DNA from: Squalus acanthias
Lineage: Eukaryota
Direction: 5' to 3'
DNA: 64,000 bases
NCBI GenBank assembly: GCA_030390025.1
Contig: CM059432.1
Span: forward strand, 120,282,001-120,346,000
Shown here piece by piece: positions 50,360 through 63,639 of this stretch. The notes below the pieces were generated by a model. The model saw nothing but the letters and a program-made list of their open reading frames with translations. It searched no databases and was not told the DNA's origin. The translations under genes were made by a program, and so were the position numbers. How positions within the stretch are numbered: the first letter of the stretch is position 1; each line of letters opens with the position of its first letter.

Positions 50360-51303
50360 ACATGAGTGCGAACACAAACACATACGCTAAAATGTTGGGG
50401 GAGAAGCTTAAAAAAACCAGCCATTTATTATAATATGCTAATGTCATAATAGGTACAAAAAGCTGTAATTACTGAGTGCTCACCAACGGCATACATTTCA
50501 TACTATGTAAAAAGTGTTGAGGTAAAATATTGCTGGAAATTGAAAGGAGGTTAAAAGCCATGGGGACCAAAACTACTTATTATTGGTTTCCCCAGTAACG
50601 TGATCACACTATGAAGTAGTCTTACCTTACTAATGCCCTCGGGTAATACTGCACTGTTCATTTTTTCCAGGACGTTGATCATTTAAATTCGAACAGAGCT
50701 TTAGGGGGTACTTCAAAATGTCCTGTTGGCATGAAGAACCCCATGATATTGGGGTTTGCTGTAATAAAGATTTTAAATTGCAGCATGTGAAAAGTGCCTT
50801 GAATTTATATCTTGAAATGCCGACTTTATTTTTTTTTTAAATGTTAAACCCAGAAATATAATTGTCTGAAAATTTGAGTACACATTTGGTCCAGCAGATT
50901 ATATTGGTTCTTTTATTGTGATGCTGTTTTACTGAAGTACAGCTATACATCTCAATATGCTGTCCAATTGGTGAAAGTATTGATGTGAATGATACCATGG
51001 CCTAAAAATTGGATCGCACCTGAATTCGGGCGCAGCGTTCATTGCACATACCTAAAGAGGCAGGCGACAGGACCACGGGAAATTGCTCCCTTGGCCTCAT
51101 TTGTATACTACTGGCAAGCTGCGGACGCCAGTCCCAACCCCAGAGCCAGCTCGCCAGTCATGGGAGAGGAGTGAAATGGGCCAGCTAAGATGCCGGCTGA
51201 GGGGGCTAAGTCCAGGAGGGGGTCGAGGGGTGGCTAGCAGCAGCCCGCACTCCTGCTCCATATTAAAACTGGTTTGTGTCATTTCTCCTCGTAATTTAAC
51301 CCC

Positions 51304-51640
51304 TAGAGTCCGGTTATCATTCTGCACTCCCTCCAAGGCCAATATATCCTTCCTAAGGTGTGGTGCCCAGAACTGCTCACAGTACTCCAGGTGTGATCTA
51401 AACAGGGTTTTATATAGCTGTACCATAACTTTTATCCCCTTGTATTCTAGTCCTCGAGATATAAAGGTCAGCATCCCATTAGCCTTTTTGATTATTTTCT
51501 GTACATGTCCATGACATTTTAATGATCTATGTATCTGGATCCCCAAGTCTCTTTGGACCGCCACTATTTCTAGCTTTTCACCATTTAGAAAATACTCTGT
51601 TCTATCCTTTTTTAGATCCAAAGTGGATGACCTCACAGTT
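51304..51640 (-). mobile_element. CR1 RT C-terminal fragment between two MITEs
   Basis: QRDLGIQI..KKANGML..LEYCEQFWAPHLRKDILALE. Confidence 0.85.
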
Positions 51641-52259
51641 GCCTTCATTGGAGTTGTAACTCCACAGCATGCGTGTGACGTCCCGAGCAGGTTCCCCACC
51701 CGGATGTCAGCCTGATTGACAGGCTGGCTTCCAGTTGGGTGGGGAAAGCTGGAGAAGAGGCGGCAGCCTCAGGTAGCTACGAGGCCCAAGCCTGGGGGGT
51801 GGGGTCCGATTCGGGGGCGGTGTCTGATCGGGGGGTCCGACAATGGGGAGAGGGTGGGGTCCGGTCTGGGTGGTTTCTGATCCTGGGGGTGGGGGGTGCT
51901 GATGGTGGTGGAGGTTGGGGGCTGGGGGGAAGCACTCCTGCTCCTCCCAGCCCACAAGGATTGCTCCCTAGGCTGTCCTTGCCTCACTGCAGCTGCCGGG
52001 AATCCCAAGGCCCAGGAACCCCAGCCCACAGTTAAACCTGCACAACATGTTAAATCCGAGGCGTCCAGCCTCATTACAATATTTGAAGTGCCAACCCACC
52101 TTCTGGGAGTGGGTTGGTTGCCCGCCCCCATCCCACCTCCGTTAAAACCGGAAGTGGGCGGGTTGGAGGTGGGTTGGGGCTGGGATTCATATTTTTAACA
52201 CTTTAACCTCCTACCCGACCCCAATCCACTTGGTTTTTTTTGGAGTTAAAATTCCCCTC

Positions 52260-53520
52260 CGTATCTTTAATCAGTAAGACTACCCCTCCTCCTCTTCCAG
52301 GTTCCCTATCCTTTCTAAAGACCTTATAATCTGGAATCATTATCTCTCAATCATGACCCTCTTGCAGCCATGTCTCTGTAATGGCCACCATGTCACACCC
52401 TCCAAGCTGTATTTGAGCCTCTAATTCACTCAATTTATGTCTTATACTCCGTGCGTTAGTATATTAAATTCTTATTTGGGGAAGATACTCTAACCTGTCC
52501 TTCTGCCCTGATCCTGCCTTTAATACACTATTTAACTTAACACCTTTCTTATTTTTCACTCCTGCTGTAACTACTTTAGTTATTTTAGTATTCCCTTCAC
52601 TGGAGTATCTATATCACGGTCTGTGACCTAAACTCTGCTCTTATCCTTTTTTTAACATCTTTAAATTATTATTTTAACTATTGTATCTGACTGAGCCCTC
52701 ACCCCACCCCCACCAACCCCATCCCATTTTCAGTTTAAAATCCCTTTTGCAGCCTATTTATCCTTTCCACAAGGAACTCGGTTCCACCCTGTCCCAGCAG
52801 TACAGCTCCTTCCTGTCCCAGTACTGGTGCCAATTCCCATGAAAAGGAACCCCTCCTCACGCCACTGCTTTGGCCACGTGTTCACCTTCCTGATAATTTT
52901 TCCCTACGCCAATTAGCACATGGCTCGGGTAATAATCCTGAGATTAGCAACCTTGTAATCCTGCTTTTTAATTTGGTTCCTAATACTTCCTCAGCAGAAC
53001 CTCCTCCCTTTCCTTCCCTCTGTCATTGGCCCCGACATGGACCACGACAACTGGATCTTCCCCCTCCATTTCCAAATTACTTTCCAGTGGCATTGAGATA
53101 GCCCTTACTCTGGCACCAGGTGGGCAACGCACCCTTCGAGACTCTTGATCGTGGCTGCAGAGGATGCAGTCTATCCCCCTAATTATCGAATCCCCTATAA
53201 CTACTACATTACTATTCTGCTCCTCCTCTTTTGGACAGCCTCCTGCTCCACCGTGCCTCGGTCAGCATTGTGGCTGTCCTCCCCATTCCTCCTCATTCTC
53301 ACAGGTATCAAGTACCTTGCTCCTGTTGGACAGGACCAGTGTTTGCGGGACCTCTTCCTCTATCTCCCCTCGGTTCCCCTTACCCTGCTGACTGACAGTC
53401 TCACTCTCCCCTTCCTGCATCTGTGCTTTCCTCTGAGGTGTGATTGTACTCTGGAGAAAACTGTCCCGAAACTCCTCCCCCTCCCTTATGTGTCCGAGTG
53501 TCTCTAACTCAATGAAAAAT
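52260..53520 (-). mobile_element. CR1 ORF1 (esterase) and APE N-terminus, decayed
   Basis: Minus strand YTNARSI and VAITETWLQ near 52360-52470; GDSIIRG and VHVGAND near 53030-53200. Confidence 0.75.
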
Positions 53521-55299
53521 TGTTTCTCAGCTGAAGAAATCCCAATTCAAACTCTCCCGACACTTTAGACTCAGAAACTCTTCATTTCTGACTGTGTCAG
53601 TTGATCGTGACCGCAGCTGCACCACATAAACTTCAGTCTAGGATACCCTGAGTGTACTGCGAGTGTAAAAGTGGGAAACACAACTGTAGCCCCACTGGCC
53701 CTCATTATAATACATATAAATAAGGAAGCTAGGGACTCGCCAGGCAGATTGAGACAAGGAACAAAAAGCACGAGGGATGTCAGCGGAGATGAGGGAGCAA
53801 TTTAATGGTGGAAAACAGATGGCACAAAGTCCCTGCCCGAAAATTTTCCTGCATTTTTTCTACACCGCTAATGTGCCAAAATTGGTGTGGATAATCATCC
53901 CCTATGTGTTTCCATTCTGCCACTTCCTTGCTATCTCCAAATCTGCCCTTGGAGCTGTGAATAATTATGCAAATAAGCTGACCCATGAACATTGAGTACC
54001 TTTGGCACATTCCCATTCGAGTCAGACTGCACCAGTTCACAATTAATTAGAACTGACTTACACCAGCAAAAAGTTGTGTCAACCCATTTGTTCTCAAAGA
54101 TAAGGACTTCTTTGATTGGCTCTGGGCCTTTTTTCAATGAGTCACTGAGCCATACAGAGCTGGTAGGTTCTAGGTTCAATTCTCAGTTCTGCCCTTAATG
54201 AGCTGCCATGACCTTAGGGTGATACAACTGTCCTGAGGTAGTGAGAGGAAAAATTGGCCACGATTTCTCTTTCTGATTGGTATCCAGTAACCCTTGTTAG
54301 AAATACAGGTGTGGACATTTGGTGAGGATAATAAGATATATATATATATATATATATATGATAAAACTTACTGACACACCAATAGCATGCTGACATTCAC
54401 TGTCTTCATCTATATATGAAGACTAGCCCTTTTGGTGAGGTACTGGGGCACCTAGGACTCCTGGAATTGTACTCTAGCAAGGAGTCAAAGCCTTCAGGAA
54501 AGGATGCAATATTGGCAGTAAAAGGAGAGAAGCAGTGCCCCTTTAACGGACGCCATGAGTTACAATTATATTAGCTTTATAAAATGGTAATATTGTGACT
54601 AACCTGTCTTCAGGTATGATCAGCTAAAACTTCGTAATGACACTGAATATCAAATGAAGGGAAAAGTATGACATCCTTAATAATTAAGGCACAGATTTTC
54701 CAATCATAGCAAATGAGGTAGCAAGAACAGAAGATTGCAAGCTTTTCACACAGCTAATAGGAACAGTGCGCTGAATCTTAACCCCCAAAAACGGGTGGGT
54801 TGTTGTCGGGTGAGATGTTAAAACTTTAAAAATCTGAAGCCCGACCCCAAGCCACCCACTTCTGGGTTTAACAGAGGCTGGCAGCCAACCCACTCCTGGG
54901 AGGCGGGTTGGCCAATTAAATATTTTAATGAGGCTGACAGCCTCTGATTTAATCTGCTTTGCAGATTTAACCCTGGCCAGCCAGATTTCCCAGGCCTCAG
55001 GAATCCTGGCAGCTGAAGGGAGGCGAGGACAGCATCAGGGAGAAGGTAAATGCTTCTCCCAAGCTCTCCCACCCCCCATCAGATCACACCCCCCATACAC
55101 CTTCCCCCCAGGTCATGGATCGGACCCCCCCTTGGGGTCGCACCCACTATAAGGTCACCCCCCCCCCCCTGGGGTCGGGGATCAGAACCCCCCACGCTCC
55201 CACTAGCAGCAGCAGGTGGCTTACCTGCAGCCGTGGCCTGCTCTGGAGTGCTCCCCACCCGACTGTCAATCCCTCATCTAACCTATTCCACTGAGAAGA

Positions 55300-57503
55300 A
55301 AAGGGTGTAAAAGAAAAGACAGTCATCCGTGGCTAAGTAAAGAAATTAAGGATAGTATTCGACTAAAAACAAGGGCTTATAAGGTAGCCAAATCTAGTGG
55401 GAGGATAGAGGATTGGGAAAACTTTAAAAGACAGCAAAAAATAACAAAAAGATTGATTAAGAACGGGAAGATAGATTATGAAAGTAAATTAGCAAAAAAT
55501 ATATAAAAACAGATAGTAAGAGTTTTTATAGTTATATAAAAAGAAAAAGGGTGGCTAAAGTAAATGTTGGTCCCTTAGAGGATGAGACCGGGAAATTAAT
55601 GGTGGGAAATATGGAGATGGCAAATACACTGAATGAATATTTTGTATCAGTCTTTACAGTAGAGGACACTAAGAATATCCCAACACTGGACAAACAGGGG
55701 GCTAAAGGGGGGGAGGAGCTAAACACGATCAAAATCACTAAGGAAGTGGTACTCGGTAAAATAATGGGACTCAAGGCGGATAAATCACCTGGACCTGATG
55801 GCTTAAATCCTAGGGTCTTGAGGGAAGTGGCGGTAGGGATTGTGGATGCATTGGTAATAATTTTCCAAAACTCCCTGGACTCAGCAAAGATCCCGGCAGA
55901 CTGCAAAACTGCTAATGTAACACCCTTATTTAAAAAGGGTAGTAGACAGAAGGCTGGAAACTATAGACCGGTTAGCCTAACATCTGTGGTAGGTAAAATT
56001 TTGGAGTCCATTATTAAGGAGACAGTAACGGGACATTTGGATAATCATAATTTAATAGGACAAAGTCAGCATGGTTTTATGAAGGGGAAGTCATGTTTGA
56101 CAAATATGCTGGAGTTCTTTGAGGAAGTAACACACAGGGTGGATAAAGGGGAACCAGTGGATGTGGTGTATTTAGACTTCCAAAAGGCATTTGACAAGGT
56201 GCCACACAAAAGATTATTGCTTAAGATAAAAAATCACGGGATTGGGGGTAATATTCTGGCATGGATAGAGGATTGGCTATCTAACAGAAGGCAGAGAGTT
56301 GGGATAAATGGTCCATTCTCAGACTGGCAATCAGTAACTAGTGGTGTTCCGCAGGGGTCAGTGCTGGGTCCCCAACTCTTTACAATCTATATTAACGATT
56401 TGGAGGAGGGGACCGAGTGTAACATATCAAAGTTTGCAGATGATACTAAGATGGGAGGGAAAGTAGCGAGTGAGGAGGACATAAAAAATCTGCAAGGGGA
56501 CATAGACAGGCTAAGTAAGTTGGCAGAGATTTGGCAGATGGAATACAATACTGGAAAGTGTGAGGTTATGCACTTTGGCAGGAAAAATAGTAGAGCAAGT
56601 TATTATCTAAATGGCAAGAAACTGGAAAGTACTGAAGTACAAAGGGATCTGGGGGTCCTGGTGCACGAAACTCAAAAGGTTAGTATGCAGGTGCAGCAAG
56701 TGATTAAGAAGGCCAATGGAATGTTGGCTTTCATTGCTAAGGGGATAGAATATAAAAATAGGGAGGTATTGCTTCAGTTGTACAAGGTATTGGTGAGACC
56801 GCACCTGGAATACTGCATACAGTTTTGGTGTCCATACTTAAGAAAAGACATACTTGCTCTCGAGTCAGTACAAAGAAGGTTCACTCGGTTAATCCCAGGG
56901 ATGAGGGGATGGACATACGAGGAGAGGTTGGGTAGATTGGGACTCTACTCATTGGAGTTCAGAAGAATGAGAGGCGATCTTATTGAAACATATAAGATTG
57001 TGAAGGGGTTGGATTGGGTGGATGCGGGGAGGATGTTCCCGATGATGGGTGAAACTAGAACTAGGGGGCATAGTCTTAGAATAAGGGGCTGCTCTTTCAA
57101 AACTGAGATGAGAAGGAACTACTTCACTCAGAGGGTGGTAGGTCCATGGAATATGCTGCCCCAAAAAGCTGTAGAAGCTACATCATTACATAAATTTAAA
57201 ACAGAAATAGACAGTTTCCTAGAAGTAAAGGGAATTAAGGGTTACGGGGAGCGGGCAGGAATTTGGACATGAGTCTAGGTTCGGATCGGTCATGGCCCTG
57301 TGGGTAGCGTAGCGGGCCCAGGGGCCGTGTAGCCTGATCCTGCTCCTATTTTGTGTGTCCAATTCTGTTAGGTTCAGGAGATGGTTCTGTGATAGTAGAT
57401 TGGCGGTTAGGATCAGATCAGCCATGATCTTATTGAATGGCGGAGCAGGCTCGAGGGGCCAATTGGCCTACTCCTGCTCCTATTTCTTATGTTCTTATGT
57501 TCT
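55300..57503 (+). mobile_element. Young 5'-truncated CR1 LINE
   Basis: Open RT frame plus complete 3' tail (ttcttatg)2. Confidence 0.95.
55551..57272 (+). CDS. CR1 ORF2 reverse transcriptase region, 573 aa open frame (no endonuclease domain)
   Basis: KSPGPDG, NYRPVSLTS, QHGF, LDFQKAFDKV, GVPQGSVLGP, FADD, RPHLEYC. Confidence 0.85.
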   Translation: MAKVNVGPLEDETGKLMVGNMEMANTLNEYFVSVFTVEDTKNIPTLDKQGAKGGEELNTIKITKEVVLGKIMGLKADKSPGPDGLNPRVLREVAVGIVDALVIIFQNSLDSAKIPADCKTANVTPLFKKGSRQKAGNYRPVSLTSVVGKILESIIKETVTGHLDNHNLIGQSQHGFMKGKSCLTNMLEFFEEVTHRVDKGEPVDVVYLDFQKAFDKVPHKRLLLKIKNHGIGGNILAWIEDWLSNRRQRVGINGPFSDWQSVTSGVPQGSVLGPQLFTIYINDLEEGTECNISKFADDTKMGGKVASEEDIKNLQGDIDRLSKLAEIWQMEYNTGKCEVMHFGRKNSRASYYLNGKKLESTEVQRDLGVLVHETQKVSMQVQQVIKKANGMLAFIAKGIEYKNREVLLQLYKVLVRPHLEYCIQFWCPYLRKDILALESVQRRFTRLIPGMRGWTYEERLGRLGLYSLEFRRMRGDLIETYKIVKGLDWVDAGRMFPMMGETRTRGHSLRIRGCSFKTEMRRNYFTQRVVGPWNMLPQKAVEATSLHKFKTEIDSFLEVKGIKGYGERAGIWT

Positions 57504-57504
57504 A

Positions 57505-58690
57505 AAGTCCACTGGTGACTGCAAGATTGATATCCAGTGACGATGATCATGCTGGTCCGCTTTCTCCACTGGCTGCGGGGCTTCCACATTCTGAGGAGCT
57601 GAAATGAAAGGGTTAGGTTGTGGTGTGAGGGAGAGCAGAGAGGATGAAGTGTGTGTCGGAAGCATCTGCAGCTTGTCATGCAGGGTGTGTGGCGTGAGAG
57701 AGAAGTCAGAAGAGAGAATGAGGATTAGGTATAAAGAACCCCTGCTTCGCACATCCTCCAGCATCGCCAGTGGCCAAGGCCTCCACTCTGCCCCTTCCCT
57801 TCACTGCCAGTGTCATCTCCATAATGGAGGACATGGAATAAAATTGTGCTGGTCCCCCTGCTGCCTGGTGTTATGTGCCACCTTCTCCTGTAAGAAAGAG
57901 GGAAGTGTGTTAGTGAGAGTCTTGTGAGGTGATTGGGGAATGTGGCTGTCATGGTTGAATAGCTGCCAGTTTGTATGTGAGCTGCAGGTGTGAAGTTTGT
58001 AATGGTGCTGAGTGTGTGAGGATGAGGTTAAGAATATTGTGAAGTGTGCTGTGCTGATTGCAGCAGAGTGCATGGTGCTGGACGAGGGGATTGGTGTGAG
58101 TGCTTCAGTGAATGTGGCTTTGGGTGGTTCAGTTGTGATGAGAAGTGATTTGAACAGTGGTCTTACCTTGACATCTCTAGTCATATCATTGAACTTCTTG
58201 TGGCACTGCATCCATGGTTTGGGAGCAATGATTGGCATTGACCATGTTGGCAATTTCCTCCCAATACTACTTATCATCCATCTGGAGAGCTTCTTGCCCA
58301 TTGGGGGATAAAGGATGTCCCTCCTCCTCTCCACTTCCTGCACCAAGGCCTCCAGTGCAGTATGGGAGAACCTTGGTGCCCGCTATCTCCCAGCTTCAGC
58401 CATTTGAGTGATAGGTTTTACAAAGCAGTTCCTCACTGCACTTGTTGCAGCCAGAATCCAACTCCCCTTTAAGAGGTGCTGACTGCCCTTAAATAGCATG
58501 GGCCTCTCCGATATCGAGCACCCCGTCAGGATGCAGCCAATGAAGAGTGAGGGTAGTGTTGGCTGCAAACACAGCTCATTAAAATGAGCGGGCAATACCG
58601 AGTTCACGTGCTGCTTACACTCCTATCAACTAACGCGGGTGAACATCACACCGCCTCGACAACGCATATTTTACCGCACTACTGAATTCC
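57505..58690 (-). mobile_element. Harbinger fragment with Myb exons 1-2
   Basis: RAPRFSHTALEALVQEVERRRDILYP..QCHKKFNDM..VK|gtaaga (58166); acceptor cttacag|EKVAHN (57887); same intron position as 16693-16977. Confidence 0.8.
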
Positions 58691-60084
58691 AGGTCTTTGG
58701 CTGCTGATAGAGATTAGGAGCCAGTAGATACCAATTACTTGTAGATATCCTGGGGTGGCGAGAATGTTTAAAATTGACCATTCTGTTTTGGGCTGCCTCT
58801 GGGCCTCCTGCTGACCCTCCAGTTGGTGGTGTGCCCAGTGAGTGTTTCACCAGAGACATGAGGCCAAGAACACCATTGCCTGCCTCATTTGTTTTGGTGC
58901 CAGGGGCCTGCACCTACTACTCTATGATCTCAGGAAAGCTCTGCCCACCCCTCCCCTACCCCCTCTCCAGGAAAGCCCCAGAAATGGCCCCAGGAAAGCC
59001 CAGGAAAAATGGGTCTCTTCCCACCTTTATGTTGTCCAATGCCCATTTTTCCAGGTCTCTGCCTTTCTTTGCTGACCTTTGCATCTGAGGAAATGAGCAT
59101 TCCCCAGGGGCAACTTTCAGGAAATCAGTCCAATAATTATTTAATTGGTTACTGGATCATTAAGCAAATATGAGTCTCTCACAGAGAGCAATCAATATGT
59201 ATTTGAAAAGAAAAAAACATTGTCTATTGGTTTACTTTTTAAATAACTGTAGAAGCGTTCTACAAAACACAATAGATTTTCTGATTTTGAATTGAAACAA
59301 TGCCATAGCAGAGTTAATTACATCCTTTTGAATCATATCTAAACCTGAGATCGACACTCCTCTCATTATAACATCATTTGAAAGTTAATTTATAATTTAA
59401 TGGCTAATAAGATGGTAAAAAATTCAGTCATTGAAAGGACAGAATCGGATCTTATTTTATGACTAACTTTAAATGGCTTTGAGTGCAGGGCTGGAAGATA
59501 CTGAATATCTCAGGTCACTTATCACCAAATAATGAGTTATATTTCCTTAAAGAATTAAAAGGGTATGTCAAAATGTGAATGCTCATGGAGGGAGCAAAAA
59601 ATATCTGGGAAAACTCACTGCAGTGAAGAGGTCCTGCATATTATTATGGACTGTGAGAGGGTACGCGAGGCTTATGGGGCACAAGTTCAACCTGCTACTA
59701 AACCGAGGGTTTAGCAGTCACGCGAACCAACCATGCAGAGAGTGAAAATGGTATCTCCCACCCCCTCCCCTTGGAAGGATATGTGGAAAAAGGTGAAGAA
59801 ATGTGCCACACTAAGCAACGGGGATGACTGCAAATCAGCTTATGTTTCTATAAATAGCTATCCAAACAATGCTCCCAAATTTAAAATTGGGGCCTATGTA
59901 ATGATTGACCTGATTGCTTCAATGACATGACTATGTACATTTTTAATCTTAAGCACCAATTAGGGCCAACCACCAGCATTGTTTCAGTAAACTAAAAGCT
60001 TATTTTGGTTGATGTGGTTGTGATAAAATATAATATTGGCCCAGAATTTCCTGGAAACTTGCACCATTTCAATAGCGCATCTAT

Positions 60085-63000
60085 GGCGTTCAGGAGAGGT
60101 GGTGAGAGCTGAACGAGAGCGGAGCAGGGATAAAGAGTTTGGCGGAGCAGGCCCAAGACCAGAGGTGGTGAGAGCTGAATGAGTGGAGAGGGGAGCAACT
60201 CAAAACAGGCAGAATTTGAAAGAGTGACGTCAGAGTAAAAAACCTAAAGTGACGTCAGCACAAGAGAAGGAGCTGATTGGTGAGTAGTTGGTGAGTGTTT
60301 TTTTTTAAGTTTTAAGTTTATTTCTGCGAAGTTAGTTAATAGTCTATTAAATAGGGCATGGCAGGGCACCTCAGTCCCGTGGAATGCACATATTGTGCCA
60401 TGTGGGAAATCCAGGACGCTTCCAGTGTCCTGGACAACCACATGTGCAGGAAGCGTCGTCAGCTGGAGAAGCTCGAGCTCCGGGTTTTGGAGCTTGAGCA
60501 GCAGCTGGCGTCACTGCGGTGCATCCGTGAGGCTGAGAGCTATGTGGATAACATGTTTCAGGAGGTGTTCATCCCATGCAGGCAGAGAGGGAATGGGTGA
60601 CCGCCAGACAGAAAAGGTAATACAGGAGTCCCCTGAGTGCATCTCACTCTCCAACCGGACTGGTGAGGGTAATGGTTCCTCTGGGGAGTACAGCCAGAGC
60701 CAAGTCCATGGCACCACGGGTGGCTCAGCTATACAGGGGGGGAGGAAGAAAATCAGGAAAGCAATAGTGATAGGGAATTCAATAGTTAGGGGAACAGACA
60801 TGCGTTTCTGTGGCTGCAGACATGATTCCAGGATGGTAAGTTGCCTGGTGCCAGGGTCAAGGATGCCACTGAGCGGCTGCAGAACATTCTGAAGGGGGAG
60901 GGTGAACAGCCAGAGGTTGTGGTTCATCTCGGTACCAACGACATAGGTAGAAAGAGGGAGATTTTAGGGAACTAAGAAGGAGATTAAAAAGCAGGACCTC
61001 AAAGGTAGTAATCTCTGGATTACTCCCGATGCCACAAGCTGGTGAGTATAGAAATAGGAGGATACAGCAGATGGGGCATTGGGACCGGTTCTGGGGGAAG
61101 TGGGACCTGTACAGGCCGGACAGGTTGCACCTCAACAGAGCCGGGACCAATATCCTCGCGGGGGGGAGTTTGCTAGTGCTGTTGGGGAGGTTTTAAACTA
61201 ATTTGGCAGGGAGATGGGCACCAGGATGTAGCATTAGAAAGGAGAAACAAGGTGCACAAATGATTGGGAGAGACAGATAGCATTAGATTAAGAAATAGTA
61301 CAGTATTAGGTGGGGTCAGACTAAGAGAGAATACAAGAAGGTCTAAGATAGGTTTACAGTGCATATGTGTAAACGCACGAAGGGGGAAAAATTGAGTCGC
61401 GCCCCAAGAGGGAAGCGGGATACTACTGGAAGCGCCCTGCCTACCTCTTGGGGCGCTGCGAGTGATTATCACGGCGCTATGTGCCGCGGTACTGCAGGCC
61501 TTCCTCCCCTTCTTAAAGGGGAGGGGCCTTGTGCAGTGCAGCCCGGGGCCCAGCTGGGCCACCAGGGATCGGAGTGCCGGCAAAAGAGCCCGGCAAGGAG
61601 CAATCTAGATTTAAGGGGGGAGAAAGTCCCCTCCTTTGCGCCTCCCGTGGGGGGCGCTAATAGGGCCCAAAGGCTTTTTCGCTGGCCGCGCCTCTCGCCA
61701 AATTCCACGTCAGCGCTACCGGGTTGCACTCTGATCTCATGCGCCCGGAGATCGTGACGTCATCTCCGGGCGCATTGACCCGGTAGCGCCCTGACACAAA
61801 AATTCCCCTTCGCCCCCCTGCAGCGCCAGGTGATGGCAGGGACTGCTGCAGGGGGGGGCGTGAGCAGGGCGGCCGGCCGCTAGCGGGGCAGAAGTTAAAG
61901 GTGAGGTGGTCGGCCGCCCTGAAAAAAAAAATGAGATTTTTAAAAATCTTTTTTTTTTGCGCCTACAGACGCAGGGTCTGTGCCGCAGTCAGTCAGCCCG
62001 GCACTCCTCCTGGTGCTAACTTTTCCAGCTTTTCTGATTTAGTGCCCCAAACAGGGCTCGAGGGGAATTTCTCCCCCAAAATACTTAACTGGAGGAGGGC
62101 CAATTTCAATGGGTTGAGAACGGATCTGGCCCGGGTAAATTGGAATCAAAGATTGGCAGGCAAAACTGTAATTGAACAATGGGCTGCTTTTAAAGAGGAG
62201 ATGTTTCGGGTGCAGTTGAGGTACATTCCCACGAGGGGGAAAGGTAGGGCAACAAAAGTCAGAGCTCCCTGGATGACGAAAGCGATAGAGAGTAAGATGA
62301 AGCAGATAAATGGGGCGTATGGCAGATGTCAGGTTGAGAATACAAGTGAGAACCAGGCTGAATATAGAAATTTCAGAGGGGAAGTGAAAAAGGAAATAAG
62401 AGGGGCAAAGAGAGAGTATGAGAATAGATTGGCAGCTAACATAAAAGGGAATTAAAAAGTCTTCTATAGGCATATAAATAATGAACGGGTAGTAAGAGGA
62501 GGGGTGGGGCTGATTAGGGATCAAAAAGGAGGCCTGTGCATAGAGGCAGGGGGCATGGCTGAGGTACTAAATGATTACTTTGCATCTGTCTTTACCAAGG
62601 AAGAAGACGCTGCCAAAATCATAGTGAAAGAGGAGGTAGTTGAGATATTAGATGGGCTAAAAATTGATAAAGAGAAGCTACATTAAAGGCTGGCTGTACT
62701 TAAAGTAGATAAGGCACCAGAGCCAGAAGGAATGCATTCTAGGATGCTGAGGGAAGTAAAGGTGGAAATTGTGGAGGTACTGGCCATAATCTTCCAATCC
62801 TCCTTGGATACGGGGGTGGTGCCAGAGGCCTGGGGAATTGCAAATGTTACACCCTTGTTCAAAAAAGGGCGTAAGGATAAACCCAGCAACTACAGGCCAG
62901 CCAGCTTAACCTCGGTGGTGGGGAAGCTTTTAGAAACAATAATCCGGGACAAAATTAACAGTCACTTGGACAAGTGTGGAAGGAAAGCCAGCATGGATTT

Positions 63001-63639
63001 GTTAAAGGCAAATCGTGTTTAACTAACTTGATTGAATGTTTTGATGAGGTATCAGAGAGGGTTGATGAGGGCAATGTGTTTGATGTGGTGTACATGAACT
63101 TCCAAAAGGCATTTGATAAAGTGCAACAGAATAGGCTTCCAGCAAAGTTGATGCCCCTGGAATAAAAGGGACAGTGGCAGCATGGATACAAAATTGGCCA
63201 ACGGTCGTTTTTCAGACTGGAGGAAGGTATACAGTGGTGTTCCCCAGGGGTTAGTACTAGGACCACTGCTTTTCTTGATATGTATTAATGACTTGGACTT
63301 GGGTGTACAGGGCACAATTTCAAAATTTGCAGATGAAACAAGAATTGGAAGTATAGTGAACAGTGAGGAGGATAGGGACAGACCTCAAGAGGACATAGAC
63401 AGGCTGGTGGAATGGGCGGACACATTGCAGATGAAATTTAATGCAGCAAAGTGCAAAATGATACATTTTGGCAGAAAGAACGAGGAGAGGCAATATAAAC
63501 TAAAGGGTACAATCCTAAAGGGGATGCAGGAACAGAGAGATCTGAGGGTATATGTGCACAAATTGTTGAAGGTGGCAGGGCAGGTTGAGAAAGCGGTTAA
63601 AAAGCATACGGGATCCTGGGCTTCATAAATAGAGACAGA
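60085..63639 (+). mobile_element. CR1 LINE with 5' UTR, ORF1 and ORF2, decayed; APE domain replaced by a MITE
   Basis: ORF1 from 60358 (CxxC, leucine zipper LELRVLELEQQL, SGNH-esterase motifs VIGNSIVRG, VHLGTND, LHLN); ORF2 RT motifs at 62732-63628. Confidence 0.9.
61382..62077. mobile_element. Harbinger MITE (family A)
   Basis: TIR gggggaaaaatt / aatttctccccc; first ~200 bp align to 42340-42530. Confidence 0.85.

Noticed and set aside
55551..57272. Domesticated RT gene
   Set aside because: It is fully explained as a young 5'-truncated CR1: a frameshift lies just upstream, the start is GTG, and a normal CR1 tail follows.
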